This document shows, one piece after another, positions 1 through 9,533 of a DNA stretch of 64,000 nucleotides. The translations under genes and the position numbers were made by a program. Origin of the DNA: Bacteroidota bacterium. Lineage in GTDB: Bacteria; Bacteroidota; Bacteroidia; NS11-12g; UBA955. How positions within the stretch are numbered: the stretch's first letter is position 1; every line of letters starts with the position of its first letter. The notes under the pieces were generated by a model, which saw only the letters and a list, made by a program, of their open reading frames with translations, ran no database searches and had not been told where the DNA came from. The DNA lies in NCBI GenBank assembly GCA_947496065.1, contig CANMBF010000002.1:74788-138787 (forward strand), read 5' to 3'.

Positions 1-483
1 ATAAAGCCAGATATTTTGATTCTTGGCAAAGCACTCGGTGGCGGCATACTACCTGTTTCTGCAGTGCTTAGCAGTAACGAAGTAATGCTTACCATAAAAC
101 CTGGTCAACACGGCAGCACCTTTGGCGGCAACCCGTTGGCCTGCGCTGTGGCCATGGAAGCATTGAAAATCATCAAGGATGAGAAACTATCTGAGAATGC
201 TTATGAAATGGGTATTATTTTCAGGTCGCGTTTAAGCGCTATCGAATCACCACTTATTGAAACTGTTAGAGGTAAGGGCCTCTTAAATGCAGCTGTAATA
301 AAACCTTATGGCAATGGCAAAACAGCTTATAACATTTGCTTAGCATTGATGGACAATGGCTTATTGGCCAAACAAACCCACGACCATATTATTCGTTTTG
401 CACCTCCACTTGTGATTAATGAGTCGCAAGTGCATCAATGTTGTGATATCATTGAAAACACTATTTTAAAAGAAATTGATTGA
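1..483 (+). CDS. rocD: Ornithine aminotransferase-type class-III PLP aminotransferase, C-terminal ~160 aa (5' end outside window)
   Basis: Frame 1 is open from base 1 (IKPDILILGKALGGG...). Motifs GKALGGG (PLP-lysine loop), HGSTFGGNPLA and IRFAPPLVI are typical of ornithine/acetylornithine aminotransferases. Stop at 481-483. Confidence 0.75.
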   Translation: MKPDILILGKALGGGILPVSAVLSSNEVMLTIKPGQHGSTFGGNPLACAVAMEALKIIKDEKLSENAYEMGIIFRSRLSAIESPLIETVRGKGLLNAAVIKPYGNGKTAYNICLALMDNGLLAKQTHDHIIRFAPPLVINESQVHQCCDIIENTILKEID

Positions 484-490
484 TTAACGA

Positions 491-2668
491 TTACCTTATC
501 AGTAAAACTGTACCAGAAGCATTGCTCTTTTTAATGTATTTGCCATTCGGCGTCGTATAGAATAATTTCCAGAGGTATAAATCTTGTTCACAAGGTTTAT
601 TCTTATACTGACCATCCCAACCCACATTATCCTTATCGGTTTCAAACACTATCTCGCCCCAACGGTTATAGATTTGGAAGAGTTTAACTGTCATATTTTT
701 GCCTTCGGGTTTGAATACGGCATTGAGCAAATCATTATCAGGCGAAAAGGCATTGGCCATAAACAAATCGCAATAATCATTTTGAAAGAAGATGAAAACA
801 GAATCCTCGTAACTTCCACAAGCATTGGTTGCTTTTACAGAATACTTACCTGAATTGTAAACATAATAAAGACTATCAGTGGTGCCATCTTGCCAAAGGT
901 AGGAGGTTCCACCAGGACTCGTCGCTCGCAAAATTAAACCATTGCCCTTGCAAACCGAGGTGTCTTTGCCTAATTCGAATTTAGGTGCTACAGAGAATAT
1001 AATGGAGACCGTGTCGGATGCCTCGCAATTGCCTTCGGTTACTTTTACCCAATAATTACCAGAATTACTCACCGAAATACCTTGGGTAGTTGCGCCTGTA
1101 TTCCATTGATAGTTGCCAATGGCATAGTTTGCATCTAAGTTAATTGCACCGGTCAAACATTTTACAATATCTGGACCAATGGCCGGTTGAGGGGTTGGAT
1201 TCACCTTATACGTTTGTTCAGTTGAATCAGCACAAAACTTATTTCTAAATACGTATTTCAAATTATAGCTTCCAACCGTATTAGGGGTAAAAGTGTAGGC
1301 AGGTGTTGCAACAGGCAAACCACCTGAGAATATCCCTCCAAGAGAATCGGGAATTAAAGTTACCAATTGGTTTGATTGGCAGTACTCTGGCGATAAGCCT
1401 TTAAAATTAGCGCTGATATCGGGCAAAATCGTAACATAATTGGTATCTCTACCCTTGCAACCATTGGCCGCATAAGCAACGTGCATCACACGATAGATAC
1501 CAATATTTTTATAAGAATGTGCGACTGATTTTAAATCACTAGAATCATTATCACCAAAATACCACTTAAAAAACGTTAAATTATTGTCGGGGTTATTGAA
1601 TACAAATTGGTTATTCTTTAAGCATTGAGATCTTTTAGTGGTATCAGGACCGATGGTCAAACGACCTACAGGACTTGGTAAAACTTCAATTGTAAATTTC
1701 AAAGTATCTTTACAATTGGTGGGTTGTAGGTTTACATTTGTAAGAATTTCAACCATTACATTGTATTTACCACTTTTTGTATACGTATGCTTCATTTTTT
1801 TGAAGGTTTCAATAGGTGCTGTATCACCGTAAAACCATCGGTAGGTAAAAGACTTAGGCAAGGGCGAAACCACTGGCTGTGGATCTACCGTATAATAGTT
1901 ACTCTCAAAACACTGAATACTATCCTTGAATTTTGCACGGTCAATAAAAGCGACCCTTTTCGGATAAATGCGCACTTTGTCGTAAAAATCTGCCAAGCAT
2001 CCATAACTAGGCGATGCCGTTAATTTAACCAACACCACACCAGATTTATTTGCATAACTATGAGACACCGGAGACCCTAAGGTGGCAGAAGCTAAACCTG
2101 AAGCATCGTTAAAATCGTAGGTATAAGAAATGCCTGGAATGGTAGACGTAGAATTGTTTGTAAATTCATAGCGGTTGCGAATTTCGCAACTATCCTTAAA
2201 TATTGTAGTGAAATTTAATTTTAAACAATAGGTCTCAAATGTAACAGTTGGCGCCGATGTAATGTTATAAAGGGTTTGATTACCATTGTTATCGTGTTCG
2301 TAAATTTGAAAAGTATATTTGGTACAAGGCTTCAAACTATCGATGCGCACAAAATTGTTACCACCTGCATTATAAAGCACAAAGCAATTCGCGGGAGAGC
2401 CATAGGTAGTAGCTGAAAAACCTTTTAAATTGAAATAGGGAATTGGTGTGTAAGCATTGTCATCTGCAGGCACAAAATTAGGCGCCACATTACCCTCGGT
2501 ACCAACAATTATTCTTGCCGTTCCGTTGCCAGCTGCAAAATTGAGTTGAACTGAATTACAAGTAATTTGTGAAACCGTTAAGTTAGAGGCTTGCACACTT
2601 GGCCTAGTTGCATTGGCAACAGACACGGACAACAAGAGAAACGACCATATAGCGCATAACTTCTTCAA
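491..2668 (-). CDS. Secreted multi-domain protein: signal peptide, FN3-like region, three PKD-like repeats, C-terminal T9SS type B sorting domain (gliding-motility-associated CTD)
   Basis: 725-aa ORF with N-terminal signal MKKLCAIWSFLLLSVSVANA. PKD-type repeats: YTYDFNDASG; FTYRWFYGD...HTYTKSGKYNV; FKWYFGDNDSS...HSYKNIGIY. The C-terminus (FSPDNDLLNAVF...IYNRWGEIVFE...GWDG...YLW) fits the type B CTD pattern. Confidence 0.8.
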   Translation of the reverse strand: MKKLCAIWSFLLLSVSVANATRPSVQASNLTVSQITCNSVQLNFAAGNGTARIIVGTEGNVAPNFVPADDNAYTPIPYFNLKGFSATTYGSPANCFVLYNAGGNNFVRIDSLKPCTKYTFQIYEHDNNGNQTLYNITSAPTVTFETYCLKLNFTTIFKDSCEIRNRYEFTNNSTSTIPGISYTYDFNDASGLASATLGSPVSHSYANKSGVVLVKLTASPSYGCLADFYDKVRIYPKRVAFIDRAKFKDSIQCFESNYYTVDPQPVVSPLPKSFTYRWFYGDTAPIETFKKMKHTYTKSGKYNVMVEILTNVNLQPTNCKDTLKFTIEVLPSPVGRLTIGPDTTKRSQCLKNNQFVFNNPDNNLTFFKWYFGDNDSSDLKSVAHSYKNIGIYRVMHVAYAANGCKGRDTNYVTILPDISANFKGLSPEYCQSNQLVTLIPDSLGGIFSGGLPVATPAYTFTPNTVGSYNLKYVFRNKFCADSTEQTYKVNPTPQPAIGPDIVKCLTGAINLDANYAIGNYQWNTGATTQGISVSNSGNYWVKVTEGNCEASDTVSIIFSVAPKFELGKDTSVCKGNGLILRATSPGGTSYLWQDGTTDSLYYVYNSGKYSVKATNACGSYEDSVFIFFQNDYCDLFMANAFSPDNDLLNAVFKPEGKNMTVKLFQIYNRWGEIVFETDKDNVGWDGQYKNKPCEQDLYLWKLFYTTPNGKYIKKSNASGTVLLIR

Positions 2669-2720
2669 TTAACGCAAATATAAAAAATATTGCCGAGAAA
2701 TTCAAATTTGAATGGTAAAA

Positions 2721-3437
2721 TTACGCAATTTGAATGTAAGAACTTGGAATTAAAGGCTCATTTCTATATTTTACTACAAGTTGAGCGGTGGTAATGATGT
2801 CCTTTTTGCAATAGGTAGCAATTCTTTCCAAATCGTTTTGTTGCCAATAGGTATGACCCACCATGCTGCCATCTATATCATCTTTGGGAGAAGGTATTCC
2901 AAAGCATTTTGCCAATACATTTAAGGAGGTATAATTTTTGTAATCGCCAAATTTCCAAAGCTCCATGGTATCTATAAAATTGGTTTCCCAAGGCTTCTTA
3001 CCCGCAACATCTAAGATCGCTGGAATATGAATGCCATTGATGAGCATTCTGCGACACAGAAAGGGAAAATCGAATTCTTTGCCGTTATGCGCCACTAGCA
3101 TGTGTTTAGGCCCATTAAATTTTGTATTCAATAATTCAGCAAATGCTTGTAAAACGGCCTTCTCATCATCGCCATGAATGGATTTAACTTTCAAATGCAA
3201 TTCGCCATCTTGGTGGTGAAATATGCCCAAACCGATGCAAATTACTTTGCCAAATTCGGCATAAATAGCGGCTCGGTCATAAATTTTAGAGGGTATAATC
3301 TCAGGATTGTTGAGCGCTCCTGCTTTCCTAGACCATAACTCTTGCCATTCTTCGTCTAAATCATCAAATGATTTTTTTTGTGACACGGTTTCGATGTCCA
3401 AAACCAGTAAATCTTGTAGTTGTATATTGTTTAGCAT
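2721..3437 (-). CDS. Stand-alone DEDDy 3'-5' exonuclease, RNase H-like fold (PolB-exonuclease-like family)
   Basis: 238-aa ORF with Exo I LVLDIET, Exo II VAHNGKEFDFPFL and Exo III YCKKDI motifs in the canonical order. Confidence 0.65.
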   Translation of the reverse strand: MLNNIQLQDLLVLDIETVSQKKSFDDLDEEWQELWSRKAGALNNPEIIPSKIYDRAAIYAEFGKVICIGLGIFHHQDGELHLKVKSIHGDDEKAVLQAFAELLNTKFNGPKHMLVAHNGKEFDFPFLCRRMLINGIHIPAILDVAGKKPWETNFIDTMELWKFGDYKNYTSLNVLAKCFGIPSPKDDIDGSMVGHTYWQQNDLERIATYCKKDIITTAQLVVKYRNEPLIPSSYIQIA

Positions 3438-3454
3438 AATTAGTTTTCATTTTA

Positions 3455-4222
3455 TTACCAGCTGCCTCCAGCACCACCACCATTAAAACCACCGCCGCCT
3501 CCAAACCCTCCAAAGCCACCGCCGCTGCTTCCTCCACCAAAGCCACTACCACCGCCACCGCCTAAGAGCATCCATGGCAATAAGTAGCCACCACCCCTAT
3601 TAATACCACCATTTTTCCCTCCACCGAATTTCGACAAAACGATCAAAACGAACATGATGATCACCAACATAATTAATGGGTTAGATTCAGGTTTGGATTT
3701 TTTCTTGAGTTTGCTTGGGTCGAATTCACCATTCAAAGTTTGACCAATGGATTCAACAGCATTGTCTAAACCTTCATAATAATTACCAGCACGAAACGCT
3801 GGTTTCATGCTTCGCTCAATAATCAATTCGCTGATATAGTCGGTTAATGCACCCTGGGTTTTATCGGCCGTTTGAATAAAAATTGCGCGGTCTTGAACGG
3901 AAATATAAATAAGCACACCACTGTTCACCCCTTCGCCACCCACCTTATAAGCTCGGGCAAAAGCCAAACTGCGATCGAAAGTAGCTTTGCCATCTAAAGA
4001 AGCTTCCGTAACAATTGCTATTTCTGTCACTGTACTATCTTTAATGGCTTTGATTTTAGCGTTGAGCGCTTGTTCTTGCTCAGTAGATAAAACATCGGCA
4101 AAGTCATTCACATAATCAATATAGGCAGGCACATCTGCAGCACTTTGTGCATAGCTCGATACTTGTACCAAAAGGCAAAGCAATACACCCAATAACCATT
4201 TATTTCCCATAAGATATTTCAT
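3455..4222 (-). CDS. TPM-domain protein (YgcG-like): signal peptide, TPM domain, TM helix, Gly-rich tail
   Basis: 255-aa ORF with signal peptide ending SSYAQ. TPM-type segments VNDFADVLS, EIAIVT and GVLIYISVQDRAIFIQT. TM segment LIMLVIIMFVLIVL is followed by a GGGGSGFGGGSSGGGFGG tail. Overlaps the upstream gene by 23 nt. Confidence 0.75.
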   Translation of the reverse strand: MKYLMGNKWLLGVLLCLLVQVSSYAQSAADVPAYIDYVNDFADVLSTEQEQALNAKIKAIKDSTVTEIAIVTEASLDGKATFDRSLAFARAYKVGGEGVNSGVLIYISVQDRAIFIQTADKTQGALTDYISELIIERSMKPAFRAGNYYEGLDNAVESIGQTLNGEFDPSKLKKKSKPESNPLIMLVIIMFVLIVLSKFGGGKNGGINRGGGYLLPWMLLGGGGGSGFGGGSSGGGFGGFGGGGGFNGGGAGGSW

Positions 4223-4652
4223 CTTTTAATTCATTGGTATCGTTATCTTCTCTTGGAAAATGGGGTTTTAATATTCTGCCCACCTCTTCAATGCCTTGGG
4301 CAACGCCTTCGACAAATTGACCTTCCTTAAAATAACCTTGCATTAAATTTCTAACAGATTGCCAAAAATCATCACCCGCTATTTGATGGAACCCTGAGTC
4401 GCCAATAATAGCAAACTGTTTTTGGGAAGGCACAATATAAATAAGTACACCATTGTGTCTTTCTGTTGCATCCATTTTAAGGTGTTTGAAAGTAGCCTGC
4501 GCGTCCACTATAACATCACTTATAATTTTCTTGGAAAAGTGCACGCGTATTTCGCCCGATGTGCCCATTTCGGCATTCCGAATGGCAGCTACAATTAGTT
4601 TCTCTTCTTTTTTCGAAAAGAAACGTTTCTTAAAAAATGACAAGACAAACAA
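4200..4652 (-). CDS. TPM-domain (DUF477-type) protein, cytoplasmic/short form
   Basis: 150-aa ORF. GEIRVHF and NGVLIYIVPSQKQFAIIGDSG segments match the TPM phosphatase-like fold. Sits between LemA and the second TPM gene. Confidence 0.7.
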   Translation of the reverse strand: MFVLSFFKKRFFSKKEEKLIVAAIRNAEMGTSGEIRVHFSKKIISDVIVDAQATFKHLKMDATERHNGVLIYIVPSQKQFAIIGDSGFHQIAGDDFWQSVRNLMQGYFKEGQFVEGVAQGIEEVGRILKPHFPREDNDTNELKDEISYGK

Positions 4653-4664
4653 TCCTGAAACTAT

Positions 4665-5264
4665 TTATTTATCAAATAATTTTTCTACATCAGGCGCTTT
4701 CTCACTGCCTTCTGTCGCTTTAAATTCGTCTTTTGCTTTGAAACCAAACATGCCAGCAAAAATATTACCTGGGAAAGTTCTTGCACTTACGTTGAAATTC
4801 CTAACAGCGGCATTGTAATCGCTTCTTGAAGTTTGTATGCGATTTTCAGTACCTTCTAATTGGCTTTGTAAACCAAGGAAAGCTTCGGTACTTCTAATAG
4901 TAGGATAAGCCTCCATTGTTATTTTAATGGCTGTATTAATTCTATCGCCAACTGCATTTAAATCGGCGGGTGTTTGTGCTTTGCTTGCAGCATCTTTGAT
5001 ATCGGATGCTTCTTTTTCAAGATTTGGAATACCCGCACGTGCATTGGTTACATTGGTCAATATGTCCTTTTCATTTTCGGCTGCTTTTTTAACAGTCGCA
5101 ATTAATGATGGCAATAAATCGGCCCTTCTTTGGTACTGTGTTTGCACATCGCCCCAAGCTCTTTTAACATCCTCATCACTTGTTACCAAACCATTGTATT
5201 TACCACAACCATAAAAGCCAAGTAATAAAACAATTCCTAAAACGATTAATAATCCCTTTTTCAT
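4665..5264 (-). CDS. lemA: LemA family protein
   Basis: 199-aa ORF with N-terminal anchor/lipobox-like LLGFYGCG. Contains VKRAWGDVQTQYQRRADLLPSL, YPTIRSTEAFLGLQSQLEGTENRI and RSDYNAAVRNFN, which are typical LemA blocks. Confidence 0.85.
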   Translation of the reverse strand: MKKGLLIVLGIVLLLGFYGCGKYNGLVTSDEDVKRAWGDVQTQYQRRADLLPSLIATVKKAAENEKDILTNVTNARAGIPNLEKEASDIKDAASKAQTPADLNAVGDRINTAIKITMEAYPTIRSTEAFLGLQSQLEGTENRIQTSRSDYNAAVRNFNVSARTFPGNIFAGMFGFKAKDEFKATEGSEKAPDVEKLFDK

Positions 5265-5267
5265 TTT

Positions 5268-5951
5268 TTATATAAATTTTAGTTCAAATGTAGTAGAAAA
5301 TTCATTAACCAACCTATTTTTTACATCAATAATATCAATTGAACGACCAATTTCTTTTTCAATCGAAGTAACAGCCTTGTCGACGATACCACAAGGTATA
5401 ATATGATTGAATAAGTTTAAATCAGTGTTCACATTCAAAGCCAAACCATGCATGGTAACAAAGCGACTGCATTTAATACCAATGGCGGCAATCTTGCGTT
5501 CGTTGATGGTCTCTTTTCCAATCCATATCCCAATTCTACCATCGATTCTTTCGCTTTCAATGCCATAATATTTTAGGGTATTGATGATGCAAGCTTCAAC
5601 GCGGTGAACAAATTCTTTGACGCCAATTTTTAGCACTTCAATATCGAAAATGGGGTAAACCACTAATTGGCCCGGACCGTGATACGTGATATCACCACCC
5701 CTTTCAATGTTATAGGTGGCAATGTTTCTATCGCTCAATTCGGCTTCATTTAACAGCAAATTTTTTTGCTCGGCACTCTTGCCCAAGGTGTAGACATGTG
5801 GATGCTCGCAAACCAATAACGTATGGCTGGCTTCGGGCATTTGCTTTTGTGCCAATTTATATTCAATGGCAGAATTAAAAAGTTCTTTTTGCAATTGCCA
5901 AGCAGCATTGTAATCGATTAAACCCAGGTCGCGTAAACGGCTATTTTGCAT
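5268..5951 (-). CDS. lipB: Octanoyltransferase (lipoyl(octanoyl) transferase)
   Basis: Motifs RGGDITYHGPGQLVVYPI, KIAAIGIK, TMHGLALNV and IIPCGI. I place the start at the ATG at 5951 (MQNSRLRDLGLIDY); the ORF-track start at 6008 is a TTG that adds 19 non-conserved residues. Confidence 0.85.
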   Translation of the reverse strand: MQNSRLRDLGLIDYNAAWQLQKELFNSAIEYKLAQKQMPEASHTLLVCEHPHVYTLGKSAEQKNLLLNEAELSDRNIATYNIERGGDITYHGPGQLVVYPIFDIEVLKIGVKEFVHRVEACIINTLKYYGIESERIDGRIGIWIGKETINERKIAAIGIKCSRFVTMHGLALNVNTDLNLFNHIIPCGIVDKAVTSIEKEIGRSIDIIDVKNRLVNEFSTTFELKFI

Positions 5952-6072
5952 GCTGCAAAGATACTCGATAATTAGTATTTGGTTGATTAATTCTATTGAT
6001 GGGAACAATCAAATTTCGAAACCCCTATTTTACTATTTCAAAAAATAGACTTACTTTTATGGCACTAAAACG

Positions 6073-6462
6073 ATGTCGGAACACAACGAACTTGGAAAGA
6101 AAGGCGAACAATTAGCCAAAGAACATTTAATGGCCAAAGGCTACAGCATTATTGACCTTAACTATAGGGCAGGCAAGGCCGAGGTAGATATCATCGCCAA
6201 GATAGGCGACACTTATGTATTTGCAGAAGTAAAGACCCGCACCTCCGAGCATTATGGCTTACCCGAAAGTTTTGTAAGCAATAAAAAACAAAAACTATTT
6301 GCCCAAGCAGCCGAGGCTTTTTGCGAAATCAATCACCACACAGATATTGAGATTCGGTATGATATTTTGTCGGTGATTATTAATCAATACGTAGAAAGTG
6401 TGTACCATATTGAAGATGCTTTTTTTCCGAATAATTTGGGGTTGAAACAATGCCCCACCTAA
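6073..6462 (+). CDS. yraN: YraN/UPF0102 family endonuclease-like protein
   Basis: 129-aa ORF. GKKGEQLAKEHLMAKGYSII..NYR....EVDIIA......FAEVKTR is the YraN pattern (PD-(D/E)xK-like). Confidence 0.8.
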   Translation: MSEHNELGKKGEQLAKEHLMAKGYSIIDLNYRAGKAEVDIIAKIGDTYVFAEVKTRTSEHYGLPESFVSNKKQKLFAQAAEAFCEINHHTDIEIRYDILSVIINQYVESVYHIEDAFFPNNLGLKQCPT

Positions 6463-6463
6463 A

Positions 6464-6482
6464 TCCTCCCCGCCAGGGAGGA
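6464..6482. terminator. 7-bp GC-rich hairpin between convergent yraN and GH92 genes (possible bidirectional terminator)
   Basis: TCCTCCC-CGCCA-GGGAGGA, followed by CTTT on + and TTT on -. The U-tracts are weak. Confidence 0.3.
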
Positions 6483-6514
6483 CTTTAAAAACCGTCTATT
6501 CTTTAGAAATAAAT

Positions 6515-9358
6515 TTATTCAATCCTTATCTCATCCACAAAAATAAAGGCATCGCCACCTGCGCCTTGGTGCCAAGCGGGTAGTTGACCGAAATTCAAAG
6601 CTTGTACTTTGACGTATCGGTATGGTTTGCCATTGCCTTTTACACTTAATTCAGTGCGCTGAACATTCATATCACTAGCTAGAACATTTGATGCAACAGA
6701 ATCAATTAATTCATAAGTGATGCCGTCTACCGAACCATAGTATGCAACTTGTTTGGGGAATAAAATCCAAGACCGTGAATCTTGTAAAAAACCAGCACTT
6801 ATTCTATTCACTGTTATGGTGGTTTGCAAATCGATAATGGCTTCGAAATCTTGACTCTGATAACCTTGCCATCGACCCTTGCGCCAATCATTATCACCCA
6901 ACAAACCATCGATTAAGCCATCATCACCATCGGCTGTGTATTGCTTGTTGTAGGTGGAAATAATTTTGACTGTGTAATTGTTGGGGCGCTTGTAGAAATG
7001 GGCTGTGGCAGTGGCACTCATAACGCCATCTCTTCTAATAGCAACAGCTTTAATGATTGTATTATCTTTAATAACAATTCTTGCATTTTCTTTATATAAA
7101 ATTGAATTAATTAACGGAACTTCTGAATTAGTTGTGTAATAGATATCTGGTTTATAACTGTCAAATTGATTCCCATAAGTGTTCAATTCATCAACATTGG
7201 CCTCAATTTTTAATATGACTGAATCTTTAAAATTCAACCCATTTGATTTAATTATTGGAGCAGATGAACTTTCGAATAAGGAGAATGATCCTTTCACAAA
7301 AATCGTTTTATTAAACCCCCAATAATCCCTATTGCCACTTATTAAATTAAAACTATTTGACTTTAAATATGCATTCTCTTTAGGCAATTGATTTCTATAA
7401 ATACTATTGCTTTTCATACCATTTACGAACTTTATGCTATCAAATATCATATTGCCAAATTGAAATTTTTTGGATGAAGGATTCACAGGGTAAAATCCCA
7501 TGGCACTGAACACATACCATGCACTCATTTGTCCGCAATCCTCGTTACCACACAAGCCATCAACTGTTGGTTTGTACAATTCATTGCAGATTTTCTTGGT
7601 ATACTTTGAAGTAGAATCTAATGATGTAAAAAGATACGGAATATGGTGACTGGGTTCATTGCCTTGCGCATATTGACCAACTAACCCCGTGATATCAGAT
7701 TGTTCTCTGCCAGTGGTTTTAGCATCGGCATTAAACAATTGGGATATTCTGAGATCATTTCTTACGACCTCATAATCTTGGGGAAAGGCAAATGAATATT
7801 GCCATGCATTGGCTTCTGTAAAATGGTTGTTGACTTGCTTAGGATCGAAGGGCTCGAGCCATCCGCCATTCTTTCGCGGACGCACAAAGCCTGTTTTAAA
7901 ATCATAGACATTTTGCCAACCTTGACTTAATCGATTGAAGTATTTTTCATCCTCGGCATAAGACAAAGCCTCGGCAATTTCTGAAACACAATACATGTCA
8001 TAACTATACTCCAAAGTCTTGCTCACACTCTCACTTTCATCTTCAACAGACAAATACCCTTTCTCACGGAACTTATCTAAGCCAAAGCGATTGTTCATGG
8101 CTTCGGCTTTTACAGCGGGGTAAATATCCTTTAATTCTTGTAAAGAAATGACCTCTTTGTTATAGGCATCTAGTATCACACTCACGCTGTGAAAGCCTAT
8201 CATGCAATTGGTTTCGTTGCCCCATAATTCCCACATGGGCAAGCGACCGCTTTGTTCGAACTGGGCTTTGAAAGTCATGACAAAATCGTGAGACCTCTTT
8301 TTATCAATGATATTGAGCAAAGGATGTAAAGCCCTGTAGGTATCCCATAACGAAAACACGGTATAATACTCAAAACCATCGGCCTTGTGCACTTGCTTGT
8401 CGCGGCCCCTGTAGCGGCCATCCACATCGTTCATTACATTGGGATGGACCATGCAATGGTAGAGCGCTGTATAGAAATTTATTTTTTCGTCTTTGGTGCC
8501 ACCATAGGCTTTAATGCGGTTCAATTCGGTATTCCAAGCAGCATTGGCTTCTTGCTTCACTTGTTCAAAATTCCAATGTGGCAATTCCTTTTGCAGATTG
8601 GCTTTGGCACCTTCTTCATCAACACTCGAGAGGGCAGTTTTAACCAATATCTTCTCTCCTGCCTTTACTTTAAAACCTAAATTAACTTTGGTTTCGCCTT
8701 TCTCATTTTTGCTTATTATAATTTGTTCGGCATCCTTGCTCACTTCAAAATAATAATAGAGCAGCTGATCTTCGGCCCAAGCTTTTGAGCGTCTTAAGCC
8801 TGAGAAGGCATGTTTATTGATTTGGGTAATCTTACCTTCTAACAATTCATCGCGGTGCTTTAAATTCAAAGTAATCCATGCGTAACCGGATGCTTTGTAG
8901 ATGTATTGTTGTAATCCAACTCTTGTGGTGCTCGTGAGTTCTACTTTGATGCCATTTTCGAGTACTACCGAATAATAGCCAGCTTTGGCAATTTCATTTT
9001 TGTGCTTAAAATTATAATATAACAAGTCAACATTTTGAATAGGCTCAACAGGCTTCTTGACAAAAGTGGGCATAAAGGCAATGTCCCCATAATCGCTGCA
9101 ACCAGTGCCACTGAGGTGGGTATGCGAAAATCCATAGATAAGTGTATCGCTGTAATGGTAGCCGCTGCAGCCATCCCAACTGCCATCGATGCGGGTATCT
9201 GGACTCAATTGCACCATGGCAAAAGGGCGCGTAGCACCGGGAAACGTGTGCCCATGTCCGCCTGTGCCTATCATAGGATTGACATATTGGGTGTAGTTGT
9301 TTTGGGCATTTAAGCTTAATGACAATCCTATTATTAAATGGCTAAATAATACTCTCAT
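6515..9358 (-). CDS. GH92 family alpha-mannosidase with C-terminal accessory domains (Fn3-associated/CHB_HEX_C-like plus F5/8 type C discoidin-like)
   Basis: 947-aa ORF with a signal peptide. The N-terminal GTGGHGHTFPGATRPFAMVQLSPDT block is the GH92 signature. The C-terminal ~200 aa (IYYTTN...; GDDGLIDGLLGDNDWRKGRWQGY) look like carbohydrate-binding modules. Confidence 0.85.
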   Translation of the reverse strand: MRVLFSHLIIGLSLSLNAQNNYTQYVNPMIGTGGHGHTFPGATRPFAMVQLSPDTRIDGSWDGCSGYHYSDTLIYGFSHTHLSGTGCSDYGDIAFMPTFVKKPVEPIQNVDLLYYNFKHKNEIAKAGYYSVVLENGIKVELTSTTRVGLQQYIYKASGYAWITLNLKHRDELLEGKITQINKHAFSGLRRSKAWAEDQLLYYYFEVSKDAEQIIISKNEKGETKVNLGFKVKAGEKILVKTALSSVDEEGAKANLQKELPHWNFEQVKQEANAAWNTELNRIKAYGGTKDEKINFYTALYHCMVHPNVMNDVDGRYRGRDKQVHKADGFEYYTVFSLWDTYRALHPLLNIIDKKRSHDFVMTFKAQFEQSGRLPMWELWGNETNCMIGFHSVSVILDAYNKEVISLQELKDIYPAVKAEAMNNRFGLDKFREKGYLSVEDESESVSKTLEYSYDMYCVSEIAEALSYAEDEKYFNRLSQGWQNVYDFKTGFVRPRKNGGWLEPFDPKQVNNHFTEANAWQYSFAFPQDYEVVRNDLRISQLFNADAKTTGREQSDITGLVGQYAQGNEPSHHIPYLFTSLDSTSKYTKKICNELYKPTVDGLCGNEDCGQMSAWYVFSAMGFYPVNPSSKKFQFGNMIFDSIKFVNGMKSNSIYRNQLPKENAYLKSNSFNLISGNRDYWGFNKTIFVKGSFSLFESSSAPIIKSNGLNFKDSVILKIEANVDELNTYGNQFDSYKPDIYYTTNSEVPLINSILYKENARIVIKDNTIIKAVAIRRDGVMSATATAHFYKRPNNYTVKIISTYNKQYTADGDDGLIDGLLGDNDWRKGRWQGYQSQDFEAIIDLQTTITVNRISAGFLQDSRSWILFPKQVAYYGSVDGITYELIDSVASNVLASDMNVQRTELSVKGNGKPYRYVKVQALNFGQLPAWHQGAGGDAFIFVDEIRIE

Positions 9359-9466
9359 TGGATGTGGTGAAATTAAAAAAATATTCTGATAAATCTAATA
9401 TTGTGTTTGTCACCTTTTTTGCCAGATGCGCAAATAAGCCGCCAAACAACTATGCGTTTTATACCA

Positions 9467-9517
9467 ATAACCCGGGTTTTACCCGGAGTTATTGATGTTC
9501 GACCCCTTCAGGGTCGA
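9467..9517. repeat. Two adjacent hairpin repeats (ATAAC-CCGGG..CCCGG-A-GTTAT and TCGACCC-CTTCA-GGGTCGA)
   Basis: Read directly from the sequence. The second hairpin contains the 17-mer CGACCCCTTCAGGGTCG (9500-9516), which recurs exactly in inverse orientation at 46149-46165. Confidence 0.7.
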
Positions 9518-9533
9518 GATAGGATAACATTAC

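Noticed and set aside
3364-3558. 64-aa Ala/Val/Glu-rich ORF (MAVVVALVEEAAAVALEG...).
   Set aside because: It is a same-strand, out-of-frame read through the GGN-rich low-complexity DNA that encodes the Gly-rich tail of the TPM protein (3455-4222, also on the minus strand). It is an alternative-frame artefact of that repeat.
5952-6008. Longer lipB starting at the TTG at 6008. Similar upstream TTG-extended starts exist for the M23-like gene (16740), atpB (14854), phoA (39204) and adk (60052).
   Set aside because: The extensions add hydrophobic or non-conserved residues, overlap neighbouring genes or promoter boxes, and are followed by an in-frame ATG that matches the usual N-terminus of the family.
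9499-9517. tRNA T-arm-like sequence (GTTCGACCCC...GGGTCGA).
   Set aside because: There is no acceptor stem, D-arm or anticodon arm around it. The same hairpin recurs as a dispersed repeat. I recognised no tRNA or rRNA gene anywhere in the window.
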